Shown: piece after piece, positions 12,085-23,114 of the stretch
Layout of the letters: each line of letters starts with the position of its first letter
How positions within the stretch are numbered: position 1 is the stretch's first letter
Translations under genes and position numbers: made by a program
Notes under the pieces: generated by a model
The model's input: the letters and a program-made list of their open reading frames with translations, nothing else
Told to the model about the DNA's origin: nothing
The model's database searches: none
NCBI RefSeq assembly: GCF_009834535.1
Contig: NC_045698.1
Span: 4,962,001 to 5,026,000 of the forward strand
Source: Camelus ferus
Taxonomy: Eukaryota
Reading direction: 5' to 3'
Length of the DNA: 64,000 nt

Positions 12085-12480
12085 TAAAAAATGCCAATTC
12101 TCCCCACATTGATTACAGGTTCAAGACAATCATAATCCTAATTGCCAGAGGATTTTCTTTGGAAAATGACCAGCTGACTCTAGAGTCATGGAAACACAAC
12201 TTAGAACAGCTAAAACAGTCTTGTAGAAGACCAAAAGTGGAATATATAAAAAAATAGGTGACTTTAAAAGTTACTAAAATGATATAGTAACCAAGAGAGT
12301 GGTGTCAGCATTAAAAAAAAAAAAAATCAATGAACCCAAAATACCAGAGATAGACTCATGTATATAGTTAATTGATTTCTCAGAAAGAGGTCAAAGCAAC
12401 TTAATGAAAAAAATTAATCTCTTTTGAACAAATGGTGCTGGAAAAACTGGATGTATGCATGGAGAAAAGGAACAAAAGCA
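12085..12480 (+). mobile_element. Old L1 ORF2 3' fragment
   Basis: aattctccccacattgattacagg...caaatggtgctggaaaaactgg are L1 ORF2 motifs. Confidence 0.75.
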
Positions 12481-12883
12481 AGGGCAAATGTCTAGTAGGA
12501 TTACCATGGGATCAGAATTTATAAGGAAGAGGTGGCACTGCCCGGGCTCTTCTGCAAGGGCAGAAGGCAGAATGCAGACAGGGCTGAGGGTTGGAGTCTC
12601 TCTTTTCATGTGAGATTTGTACCTGTGTAAGGTGAAGGGGGACTTGGAGGTAAGAGGAAGGTTGTTGATACCCTAAGTGAGCCCCAGCAGAAAGGAGCAG
12701 GTGCCTAAGGCAAAGCCTAGAAAGCTTGAGGCCACACCTGCCTGAGAGTCAGCAGAGAAAGAAGAGCGATCAGGGGAACAGAGGCAGATGGGTTTCCACG
12801 AGACAGAGGGGGAGTGCGAAAAGACTGTTCTTCTTCCCTTGGTTTGCTTGGGCACATTTGTTAAAATTCAAGTGGGCACAAAT

Positions 12884-13424
12884 TATTGAAGTGTAGCTGA
12901 TTTACATGTTAATTTTGGGTATTATACCTATACATACATATAATTTTTTTTTTCAGATTCTTTTCCATTATATGTTATTACAAGAAACTGAATATAGTTC
13001 CCAGGGCTATACAATAGGTCCTTGTTGTTTATCTCTTTAATATATAGTAATGTGTGTCTGTTAATCCCAAACTCCTGATTTGTCCTTCACCTGCCCTTTC
13101 CCCTTTGGTAACCATAATTTGTCTTCTATGCCTGTGAGTCTGTTTTTGGTTTGTAAATAGAACTTTGTGTCATTTTTTTAGATTCCACTTACAAGTGATA
13201 TTATATGATATTTGTCTTTCTCTGTCTGACTTACTTCAATTAATATGATAATCTCTAGGTCCATCCACGTTTCTGCAAATGGTATTATTTCATTCTTTTT
13301 AATGGCTGAGTAACATTTCATTGTGTACCCCGATGTTCACAGCAGCACTATTTACAGTAGCCAAGACATGGAAACAACCCAAATGTCCATTGATAAATGA
13401 CCGGATAAAGAAGATGTGGTTATA

Positions 13425-13425
<1 letters not shown>
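12884..13425 (-). mobile_element. Cetartiodactyl L1 3' end with inverted 5' segment
   Basis: Antisense 3'UTR 12884-13327, then sense cccgatgttcacagcagcactatttac...gaagatgtggtt 13328-13425. Confidence 0.85.

Positions 13426-13474
<49 letters not shown>
13426..13474. repeat. (AC)24 microsatellite
   Basis: Perfect AC run read directly. Confidence 0.97.
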
Positions 13475-13477
<3 letters not shown>

Positions 13478-13609
13478 TTAATAATGACTCCAGTGAGATG
13501 AAGTCATCAGAAGATCAAGAGACAGGAAATTCAAGCCATGAAGAGGCCACTGGATTCATCAGCTTTGAGATATAACCTCCAAAGAAAGGTGATGTTCAAA
13601 ATTAATTTG

Positions 13610-14170
13610 AGAGCAAAAGTTTTCTATATTTACTTGAGCACAGGTCTTGAGTACCCACTACATGCCACTCACTGGGAATAGGATGGGGAGGGAGCACCCT
13701 GTTCGGCCTCACTGGATCATGCAGCTTAGTGAGTGACACAGAACAGTTACTGGGAAGAGCGTGATTAGAGAAAAAGCCAGAAGCCATGGAAGGCAGCCAC
13801 ATGAGGGTGCTCCTTTGAGTCACATGAAGCTGTGAATGCTTCAAGGCTGGGATGGTGAGACCAAGAGCACATTTTTAAATATTAATTGGCAGTGGGGTGG
13901 GGGAGAGTGAGAATGCAAAGAAGAACCCAGGATGCTCCTAGCAATCCAGGCAATATGGAAGAGACCGTTGGAAAGGAGGCATCTTGGTATATTGAAGGCA
14001 CATTTTGGAGACAATTGGCATATCTCAGTAATGTACATGAGAGGCTAGGGCTGGTTTGGGGCATGGCGCCTGAGCAGCTGGGGGTGCCATTTGCTGAGGA
14101 GGAAAAGGCTGGAAAAGGAGCAGTGTGAGGCAGGAGAAGAGATAACAGCACTGGGAATCACCAGTGTGTC
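13610..14170 (-). mobile_element. L2 fragments
   Basis: tatttacttgagcac...ccactacatgcc and purine-rich antisense L2 motifs (ttggagacaattggcatat, gaggctagggctgg). Confidence 0.6.
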
Positions 14171-14179
14171 AGTTAGGAC

Positions 14180-14335
14180 CTGCCGTCAGGACTTTTCTAA
14201 GCACTCAACATGTGGTGTCTTCCTACAACCTCACTGCAACCGCCATTTTACAAAAGAGAGACTGAGGCATTAGGAGGATAAGCAATTTGCCTGAGATCAC
14301 AGCCAATAAGCAGCAGGACCAGGACATCTGAGTTT
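14180..14335 (-). mobile_element. MIR
   Basis: ccattttacaaaagagagactgaggcattaggaggataagcaatttgcctgagatcacagc is the MIR core. Confidence 0.75.
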
Positions 14336-14571
14336 GTTTTAGGAAATGATAACTTTGAGATCAGTGTGGATCATGGAGGCGGAGAGGCTGGACACTAAGA
14401 CGTGAGTCCGGAGCGCAGAAATTGGTCTTCACCAGAGACAGGCAGGCAGAAATCTCTGACGTGTAGAGGTCTTTGTTAAGAAATGAGTGAGAGTTGCATG
14501 CACAGGTGCTGGCGTTGTTAGGTCTTCCCTCAACAAGGAAAGGAAATGAGAGGTAAGATGCATCTCCAGAG

Positions 14572-14900
14572 AGAGGCTTCACGATGGTGGAGGAGAAGGA
14601 CACAGAGCTCAGCCTCTCCCACAGGCACATCCATAGGTGGACAGCCCGCACGGAGACCTGCTGACTCGGACAGAAGGTCTTGTACAAGGGGGGCTACAGG
14701 GCAAATCTTCACGAACCTGGGTAAACAAGGTCCTGCTGTATTTCACGGGGATCTGTATTCAATACCTTGTAATGGCTTATAATGAAAAAGAATGTGAAAA
14801 GGAATATATATACATATTTATCTCAACTGAATCACTATGCTGTCTACCAGAAATTAACACAACATTGTAAATGGACTATACTTCTCAATTTAAAAAAAAA
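14572..14900 (+). mobile_element. Internally deleted mini-L1 (5'UTR head fused to 3'UTR tail) with poly(A) and 14-bp TSD
   Basis: TSD atgcatctccagag at 14558-14571 and 14901-14914. The head ggcttcacgatggtggaggagaaggacacagagctc resembles an L1 5' start. The tail aacaaggtcctgctgta...cttctcaatttaaaaaaaaa is L1 3'UTR. Confidence 0.8.
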
Positions 14901-15379
14901 ATGCATCTCCAGAGTTCAAGGGAAGGAATTTAAGGACCAGCAGATCAGAAGCAATGCCCCCCTCTGAGAACTGGGCGAGAGGATCAAAGCTGCGAGGGGG
15001 CTATGGCGCTGAAGCCCACAGGCTGCAGAGGGTAGGGCTGGGCCAGGCTCCCTGGCTCAGGCAAGGCGGCAGGAGGGGGACTGGCCCTGCTGACTATCAC
15101 ACCGGGCAAAGAGAGGTTGCAGGAGAATCTCATCGCAGGTGCTCTGCGGGGCACCTCAGGTAAAGCGGCCACCTGCAAACGGAAGCACAGGCAAGACCAG
15201 GAGCAAATGGAAAGAAGGAACACCCCGCCTTACACTGCAAGTGCGAGGCCGGAGCGCAGGCGTCTCCCATGTCGCCATCACAGCTGTTCCCTGTTTTCTG
15301 AGTATGGCGCACGTGTGGCTTCCTTCTCCCGTCTCCACGGCACCCCCCGTTTCCACCAACAGAAGCAGGACTCAGACGA

Positions 15380-15560
15380 CAAAGTCACAATCTCGGTTTA
15401 CCAGGTATTTCACTTCACTGAAATACTGACTTTGTAACAGTATATTATGCCAAGTGACGTCAGGGGAGGAAGGGTTTTATCGGTTTACAGCAACGGTAAG
15501 GTGACACATTTTAATAGGCGGCTCTGCCAGTGATGGCGGCGGGCGGGGCGTGAAGGAGGC
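15380..15560. promoter_or_regulatory. Candidate promoter/enhancer (full CRE, GC box)
   Basis: TGACGTCA at 15455-15462, gtttacagcaac X-box-like near 15483, gggcgggg near 15541, locally CpG-rich unique sequence. Confidence 0.35.
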
Positions 15561-16737
15561 CAAACGCAGCGACAGGGAGACAGGCGTGAGGCTGACCAAC
15601 TAGGGCCCAGGCACTGCAGGGACAGCGGGTCCAACAATCCCAGAGGAGGGAATTTGGCTGGAGTTGCAGCTTGAAGGATATGGGAAAGGTTGAATGCCTC
15701 AGGAGTCCTCATACAGAGCATTGTTTTCTGGTTATAGAATGAATATTCCCCCATCACACAGAATCTGGAAAATAATCAATGTAAAGAAGAGGAGAATAAA
15801 AATCATTGACCAGAGTGTAGAGGTTACAAATTTGGCAGTACTTGCTTCAGACTTACACAAGCCCGGGGGTAGGGGGTGGGGTGCCCACAGCGGTTTGCAA
15901 TCCTTGTAACCTGGGTTACAGTCCTTAACCAGCAGTCATTTCTGTTCCTAAGAGTGAGGTTTCTTAGCGCATCGTCCATGAGCCTTAATAACCTCTCAGC
16001 AGTTGGTGGGTAACAGCCCGAGTCTTTTGGAAGGACCTGTTCTTTGGTAAATGATCGTTAATAACAAGCCAGGTAGAAGGATGTTCCGCAAAGTATTTTC
16101 CTCTATTGGGGTACAAGATTCAGATTTCTTGTCTGTATAACTCTACCAGCCTGCGAATTATCACTGACTGTTAATTATGCCTTTTATTATATCTAAGACA
16201 CAAGGAATTGTGGAAGTGACTTATGACTCATAATTAGAAGCTACGATTAAAACTTCTCTAACATTACCCTGGGGGTTCTCTCTTCAACATGGAATTATTT
16301 CTATAACAGTGTCAGTGTGTGGTTGTGTTGGCTCCTCTCTGGAAACGACTTCTCCACTTAGAGAACTGCTCAGATTTAATGGGAAGATTCCCTAAAGACC
16401 CAGCTCTGTTAATTAAATGAAATGAAATCATCTTACACTACAACTGTTGGGCATTCACTCACAGAGCAGTCAGAGGAGACAAGAATGAGGAGAGTCAGCA
16501 GCCAATTTCAGTTTTAAGATAAAAAATTAAAAGACTTTTTTTTAGTATTTTGTAATTTTCTTTATATACATCTTGGATATTGTTCCAAATTTTTATTTAT
16601 CAAATATAAAAATGAGTTTATGGTGTTGTAAATGATGGCTTCCTGTGTGTTACAAGATTTTGTATTTTTAATTCTAAAAAAAAGTGAGCAGAGACTAAGG
16701 CTATAACTTGTTCAGGGCTTCAACGGCTTCCCCGATT

Positions 16738-17137
16738 TTGCCATTTACAACAACATGGATGGACCTGGTGGGTACTATGCTTAGTGAAGTAAGTCAGACA
16801 GAGTAACATATGCTTTCACTTATATGTGAAATCTGAAAATTAAAACAAATAAGGAAACATAACAAAATAGATACAGACTCATAGATACAGAGAACAAACT
16901 AGTGGTTACCAGCGGGGAGAAGGAAGGAGAGAGGGGCAAGATAGAGGCATGGCATTGATAGGTACAAACTACTAGGTATAAAATAAATAACATACAAGGA
17001 TATATTGTACAACACAAGGAATATAGCCAATATTTTATAATAAAGTTAAGAGGGCTATAATCTATAAAAATATTGAATCACTATGTTGTATACCTGAGAC
17101 TAATATAACATTGTAAAACAACAGTACTTCAAAAAAA
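16738..17137 (+). mobile_element. Cetartiodactyl L1 3'UTR
   Basis: gccatttacaacaacatggatggacc...tacaaggatatattgtacaacacaaggaatatagcc...tacttcaaaaaaa. Confidence 0.9.
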
Positions 17138-17448
17138 GACACATGAACTTATTGGCCATTAAGGGTACGTTATAATTTGAAAATAAATAATGTGAGCATG
17201 CCATGTAAAAAACAAAAACAAAAAGAATATGATGCTGTTTTGTGAAATCCCTCGAATGGGAAAGAAAGAACGGTCCACATGAAGAAATAAAAGGAAGTGA
17301 TGAGAGGCCCCAGGCTAAGAGAAAGATCTGGCTGTGTAGACTGATACCATGTTTGATCTGATTCTTTAGTCCTCTATTTGATATTTTTATTTGTCAGAAT
17401 TAAGAAAATCAGAAATCAATCGAAAGAGGGAAATTGTAGGATCCTTAC

Positions 17449-17728
17449 CTTCTGTGCACCTCTAGGTTATTTTTCTTTCTATGACTTCTCAGTCAGTGGT
17501 GAAAGGCCATGGGCGTGGCTGTGGAATCCGTGGACGGAACCTCCCAGTGGGTTGGAGTGTTCCTGCCAGTGGAAAGCTGGAGACAGGAAGCGATGGAACT
17601 GTTGACAGAAAGAGGATGACTGGAATCGAGATTGTGGAGGTTTTTCTCTTGAGGACCTCGATCTAATATTTGGCTTCTTAGTGACCAAGAAAACATCTCT
17701 CCCCATCGCTGGGCGTATGTTCTACAGT
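17449..17728 (-). ncRNA. Candidate non-coding (lncRNA/UTR) exon
   Basis: On the minus strand: tccctcttttcttgtgcAG acceptor and AAG|GTAAGG donor. 280 nt, with stops in all three through-frames. Confidence 0.35.
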
Positions 17729-19714
17729 CTGCACAAGAAAAGAGGGATGTATGTTTCATCAAATTTTCAAATCTGTGAAAAATTATCTGTACCAGAAAGA
17801 ATAGAAAAAAATCACCAAGATTGCTTTTAACCTGGTGAGTCCCCCACTGAGAGAAGATATTTATGTGAATGCTTGTGTTTTTCTTAACTCTCTCGCTATA
17901 GCTCTGTAGACAACCCCACATGATTTCTGCACCACGTTTTCGTCCCTGGTTAGACTTGCCACAGAGACAGCAGACTCCTGATGGAGAACAAGAAACTGCC
18001 CTCTGGCCGAGCTGAGCGATCTTTGTGCAGATCTGCAGGGTGCAGTAGCCCCCCTGCTCCTCTCCTTGGCTCCACTGTGTGCACGTTGTTTTAAACTATG
18101 GAATCTGCCAGAGTCATTGGCAGTAGTTACTTCAAACGCTAAAGGAGAAGAAAACATGATGGTCTAAGACCCTTTGGTCTAACAAAAAACAAGTAGACGC
18201 TTTATCTATAGTCAGAGTTAAAGATATCAGTCTGAATACTGTTATCCACGATGACCAGTTCCAATAAAAAGCTTTATGAAATTAAATACTGTAATTCTAC
18301 AAGAGAGACATTAAAACTTTCTCCAAAATGGACTTTGACAAGTAACGTCATAAAGTAATTATACGCAGAACAGGATTTCTGTGGTTATTAAATACAGAAA
18401 AGGACTGTGTTCTTATAATGTTTTTCTGACTTCAGCTTTTAAAATAGTCTTTTGCACCTGCATCAACAGACCTGCCCATGCCTGTCCAGAGTTCTTTTTA
18501 CCAAACAGGCGAGATTAATTTTTTTCAAGACTGAGGACAGGCTTCTAGCATAAGCTAGAACTGTCACAGTGCAGGACTCAGTAAACATAGAAGTTTAAGC
18601 AATAATAACAATAACAATAAAGACAGGTCTATGAAGCCAGTGACATTCTGCCTCTAAAAATGTCAGCTGTTTAATCAAAAAATGTTCGTTTTGAATCTGC
18701 CATGTTATTGAGCACAGGCTGGTCGGCACTTAATTTCTGCTGCGCTGACTTTATGCAGCACACGTGACTTCACTGGATGTCTGCTCAGCTCCAACTTTCG
18801 TAGACTGAATAGCGAAGATTAAAGAAGCCGTGTGGACCCGTGGATAAATGACCATAATCCATCTTCCAGGAGAGTTAATCTTCCACATGATAAAAAGCTT
18901 TATAAGACATATCAAAATAATAAGCCTCGTTTCTCTCTGTAATTTGGGTAAAATAAGAGGAAAATGGAGATGAAAGCATAGTTTGTGGTGGATGATTTAA
19001 TTTTAACAGATGACAGGAGAGGAAGCGGAACTACTTAGAAACTGATTCTCCTGTTCCATCTTCTCCATCAAGGAGCACAACAGAGGAGAGGGAGTGCAGG
19101 TAAGAGGTAATGTCCTGACGAGGGAGGATGGTGGACGAAGGCCCCTCGCTTCAAGACATGAGTGCAAGATGCAAGCGTGGGGCTCAGAAACTCCAGTCCT
19201 TCCGAAATCCCAGGAAATGTTCAGGGTCCGATATGCTTCAGATGAGTAAATACAGTCCCCCCTTATTTTAACAGAGGAAAAAAATCAGATTCCTGCCAAC
19301 TAGAAACCAGAACCTTAAAACTCCCCCCACGATAGATTCTAGGGGGTTTTATTAAATACCTAAGTGATTACCAAAATTCGCTGTGGCATTTAGAGATTGC
19401 TCATGGCAAAGACACCTCATATTTCATTAGTTATCCTACTGACATATAAAGGAAATACTATAGGCATCACTCAGGATCCTTTTTTTAAGCCTCTCATAGT
19501 GTGAACAAAATTGAGAAATATATGCAGGTTCAAAACTCATGGAAGAATAGCTAAAACTGATGAGGAGAAACTGCTGACTAAACGGCAAATATAAAAATGT
19601 GCACTTGGGTTCTGTGCTTCCTATGCCCACTCTCCTCCCACAACCCCATCCCCATCAAAAAAAAAAAGCACAAAACTAAGATGGAAACGTCCTTCCTCCC
19701 CCTGTCCTCCTGCA

Positions 19715-20015
19715 CAGTCCCCACTAGCCACTGGGCCTGTGAGCACGTGAAATGTGGGTGGTCCAGACCGAGATGTACTGCATGTAAAATTCACACCAGA
19801 TTTCAACGACTTGGTGGGAATAAGAGATCATAAAATACTATATTAACTTTTAATTTTGATTCCATGTTAAGATGATAATATTTCAGATATACCAGGTTAA
19901 ATATAATGCATTATTAATGTTACTTCTACCTGTTTCTTTTAAATTTCCTAATGCGATTACTGGAAAATTTTACATGATATATCATCTCCTGTTTTCTTTC
20001 TAATGGACTGCCCTG
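19715..20015 (+). mobile_element. MER33-like hAT-Charlie MITE
   Basis: ccactagccac...gagcacgtgaaatgtg...cacaccagatttcaacgactt...ggttaaatataat...ggactgccctg. Orientation is uncertain. Confidence 0.75.
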
Positions 20016-20039
20016 GTTGAAGAGTTTCTGATGCTTTTA

Positions 20040-20636
20040 TTTTATTTTATTTTATTTTATTTTTTTTTTTTGGCTTTTTACTGAAGTATAGTCAGTTAAA
20101 ATGTGTCAATTTCTGGTGTACCACATAATGTCCCAGTCACGCATATATATCCATATATTCATTTTCATATTCTTTTTCATTAAAGGTTGTTACAAGATAT
20201 TGAATAGAGTTCCCTGTGCTGTACAGAAGAAATTTGGTTATTTATCTATTTTTGTATATAGTGGTTATCATTTGCAAATTTCAAACTCTCAAATGTATCC
20301 CTTCCCACCCACCTTCCCCTGGTAACTGTAAGATTGTTTACTACATCTGAGAGTCTGATTCTGTTTTGTAGAGGAGTTTGTTAATGTCTTCTTTTTTCTT
20401 TTTTTAGATTACACATATGAGTGACATCATATGGTATTTTTCTTTCTCTTTCTGGCTTACTTCACTTAGAATGACAATCTCCAGGTCCATCCATGTTGCT
20501 GCAAATGGCATTATTTTATTCTTTTGCATGGCTGAGTAGTGTTCCATTGTATAAATATACCACAACTTCTTCATCCAGTCATTTCTCGATGGACATTTAG
20601 GTTGCGTCCATGTCTTGGCTATTGTATATAGTGTTG
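20040..20636 (-). mobile_element. Young camelid L1 3' end with TSD
   Basis: (ttta)n/poly(T) tail and ORF2 C-terminus (WMKKLWYIYTMEHYSA...WMDLE). TSD ctga(t/a)gctttta at 20028-20039 and 20637-20648. Confidence 0.92.
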
Positions 20637-20949
20637 CTGAAGCTTTTAGGGAAGAGAGATTGGCTTCTAACCAGCTGTGGTGGTCTCTCCACTGTGTTAA
20701 AAATGTCAGATTGGCTACTGACAAAGACTGTATTTTAATTTAAAGATCTGTTTTTCTCAACAATTCTTTTCATTGTTTTTACACGATTCCAGGTTAAGAA
20801 ATATCCTTCCATAGATACTGTCAATGTGTTCATGAGATATATATGGCTTACATACAATCCTATCATTTTCAGTGTGGAAAAATAAACAAACACTGGGTGG
20901 GACTCCTAGTACAACTTTCAAGTCTTTGTCCCCCAAGGTACCAATTATT

Positions 20950-22425
20950 CTGACTTCAATACATATCAGTTCATTCTGATTTTTTGTTTGCTTTGCCTTG
21001 GTTTTGTTTTGTTTTTACTTCATATAAATGGAATCAGGATATTCAATTTTATACATCTGGTCATTTTCACTCAACAAATATGTTCAAGAGCTTTCCATAT
21101 TTTTGCATTTACCAGTAGTTTATTTTTAAATTGCTGCATAATAGTCTGCTGTGTATGGATTCTTACCCACTTACCTGTTGGTGAGTATCTGAGTTTTTCT
21201 TCGTTTTGACTGTTGTGCATAGGAAAGCTATGAACACTCCAGTAAATGAATTTTAGAATCTATTTATATTCCCTTATGTGCATTTAAGAGTAGAATTCCA
21301 AAGTCCATTAACTTTAATGTTATTTTGGATGGAAACTGCCAGACACAGTCTTCCAAAGAGCTCAGGCACTGCGTTTCCTTGCCCACCCTTGTCTGAGTCA
21401 TCATGACCTTCTAGAGGGTGTGGAGTTGTGACTCTGTGCCTTTGGTCTGCATTTCCCTAAAGAGTATTGACGTTAAACACCTTTTCTTCTTCTTTATTGA
21501 TTTATTCCATCACATACTTAAGTCTCTTTTAATTTTAACCAGTAATAGTCTGTAGTTGTCAGTAAAGAGATCTGGCATATTCTTGTTAAATTAGTTCCTA
21601 AAGTTTTAAATGATTTGATCCTATTGAAAATGTTACTTGCATTTAAAATTTTTTTTATTAATTTTTCAATTGTTTTTTGCTGAATCTCAAAATATACATT
21701 ATTTTTGTTCGTTGACCTTGTATCTTATGGCCTTGCTAAATTTACTCATTAGTTTTTGTTTTGTCTTCAGATTATTCTGGATCTGAATGTACACAGTCAT
21801 GTCATCTGAAAATAAAACAAGTTTTACTTCTAATAGTTGTAAATGTTTTAACTTTTTTTTCATGTTTCATTGTAGTGGCTAAGACTTCCCATACAGTGTT
21901 GAAGAAACTCAGTGATGGTGAATGTCCTTGTCTTTTCCACAATATAAGAAGAAATTATTGAATATTAACTGTGATGTCAGCTCTAGGTTATTCAGCATAC
22001 CCTTTATTAGCCTGAGGAATTTCCTTTCTTAGTCCTATTTTTTTCTGAAAGATTCTAATATGGCTGGATATTAAATTCTATCAGCTTCCTTTTCTCTATC
22101 TATTGAGACGAATAAATGGACCTTCTCCTTATCTGTTCATGAGTGAATTACTTTGATTGAATTTCAGTTGTGAAACCAACTTTTTGTTCATGGAATAAAT
22201 CTCACTTGACCATGAAATATTATCCCTTTAATTTATCCCTAGATTTGACTTGTTAACATTTTATGAAGGATTTTTGTTCATAGGATATTGATCTATAATT
22301 TTCTTAACTTGTAATGTCCTTACCAGCTTTTAGTATAAAGTTAGAAAATGGTTCATATTTTTCTATATTCTGAAAAATGTGTTTAAAACTGGCATGATTT
22401 GCTCCTTAAATATTTTTATAAGACA
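20950..22425 (-). mobile_element. Old L1 (ORF2 RT region to 3'UTR), degraded
   Basis: Antisense ORF2 motifs (gttgaccttgtatc..ccttgctaaatttactcattag, gctaagacttcc..cagtgttgaa, ttttatgaaggatttttg). Confidence 0.85.
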
Positions 22426-23114
22426 CAGCGAGTTTTTTCCTAAGCATTTTTAATAAAAGAAGTATAAAATTTACTCAATATCTAGTTTCATTTTTCAATT
22501 AAAGCTGTTGGACAATTTTTTGTCATTTAAAATTTATTCTTAGAAGTGAGGAAAACATTAATAAGCTATTAAGTACTAACAGCAAATAAAATTATTAACC
22601 ATGCATTTATAAAAGTCATGTTAAAGAGTAAAAAGTTCCAGTTGTACTGCTTAACTGAGGGAAATATCCTTTAGCTCTTTATTTCTAATAATATCACATT
22701 CTCATTTTGACATAATTTACACTTTTTCACCCAGTTACTACTGGGCTGAACAAGATTTTTCCTAATGTGAAGACTTTCTTTACCACTTATGAAATATGAC
22801 TTAACTGTTAGTTTTTAAAAGTTCCTTAAAAGAAACTTGAAATTTTAATTTTCACCATGAACCTGCTGGATCAAAAAGTAGACAACACTACCACATGAAT
22901 TACAACAAAGAATGTGGTTGTCTGTATAATCAGCAAATTATCTGTAAGACATTTTAACTACTTCACATTTCCACTTAGCACAAGTGACAATAAACTGGTT
23001 CCAAGGTACTACAAATTTTGTCATTTTTACTGCAGTAAAAATGCTAAGCATTTTTAAATCATGGAAGCAATGTAGATACAGGAATATATAGATCTTTATT
23101 TTCTTCTTATAATA

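Noticed and set aside
15905..15920. tgtaacc-tg-ggttaca hairpin
   Set aside because: 7-bp arms are expected by chance in 64 kb, and it probably lies in an LTR remnant.
20404..20724. ORFs with L1 ORF2 C-terminal similarity (also 28623-28922, 23118-23348)
   Set aside because: These are fragments of truncated L1 copies, not host genes or functional ORF2.
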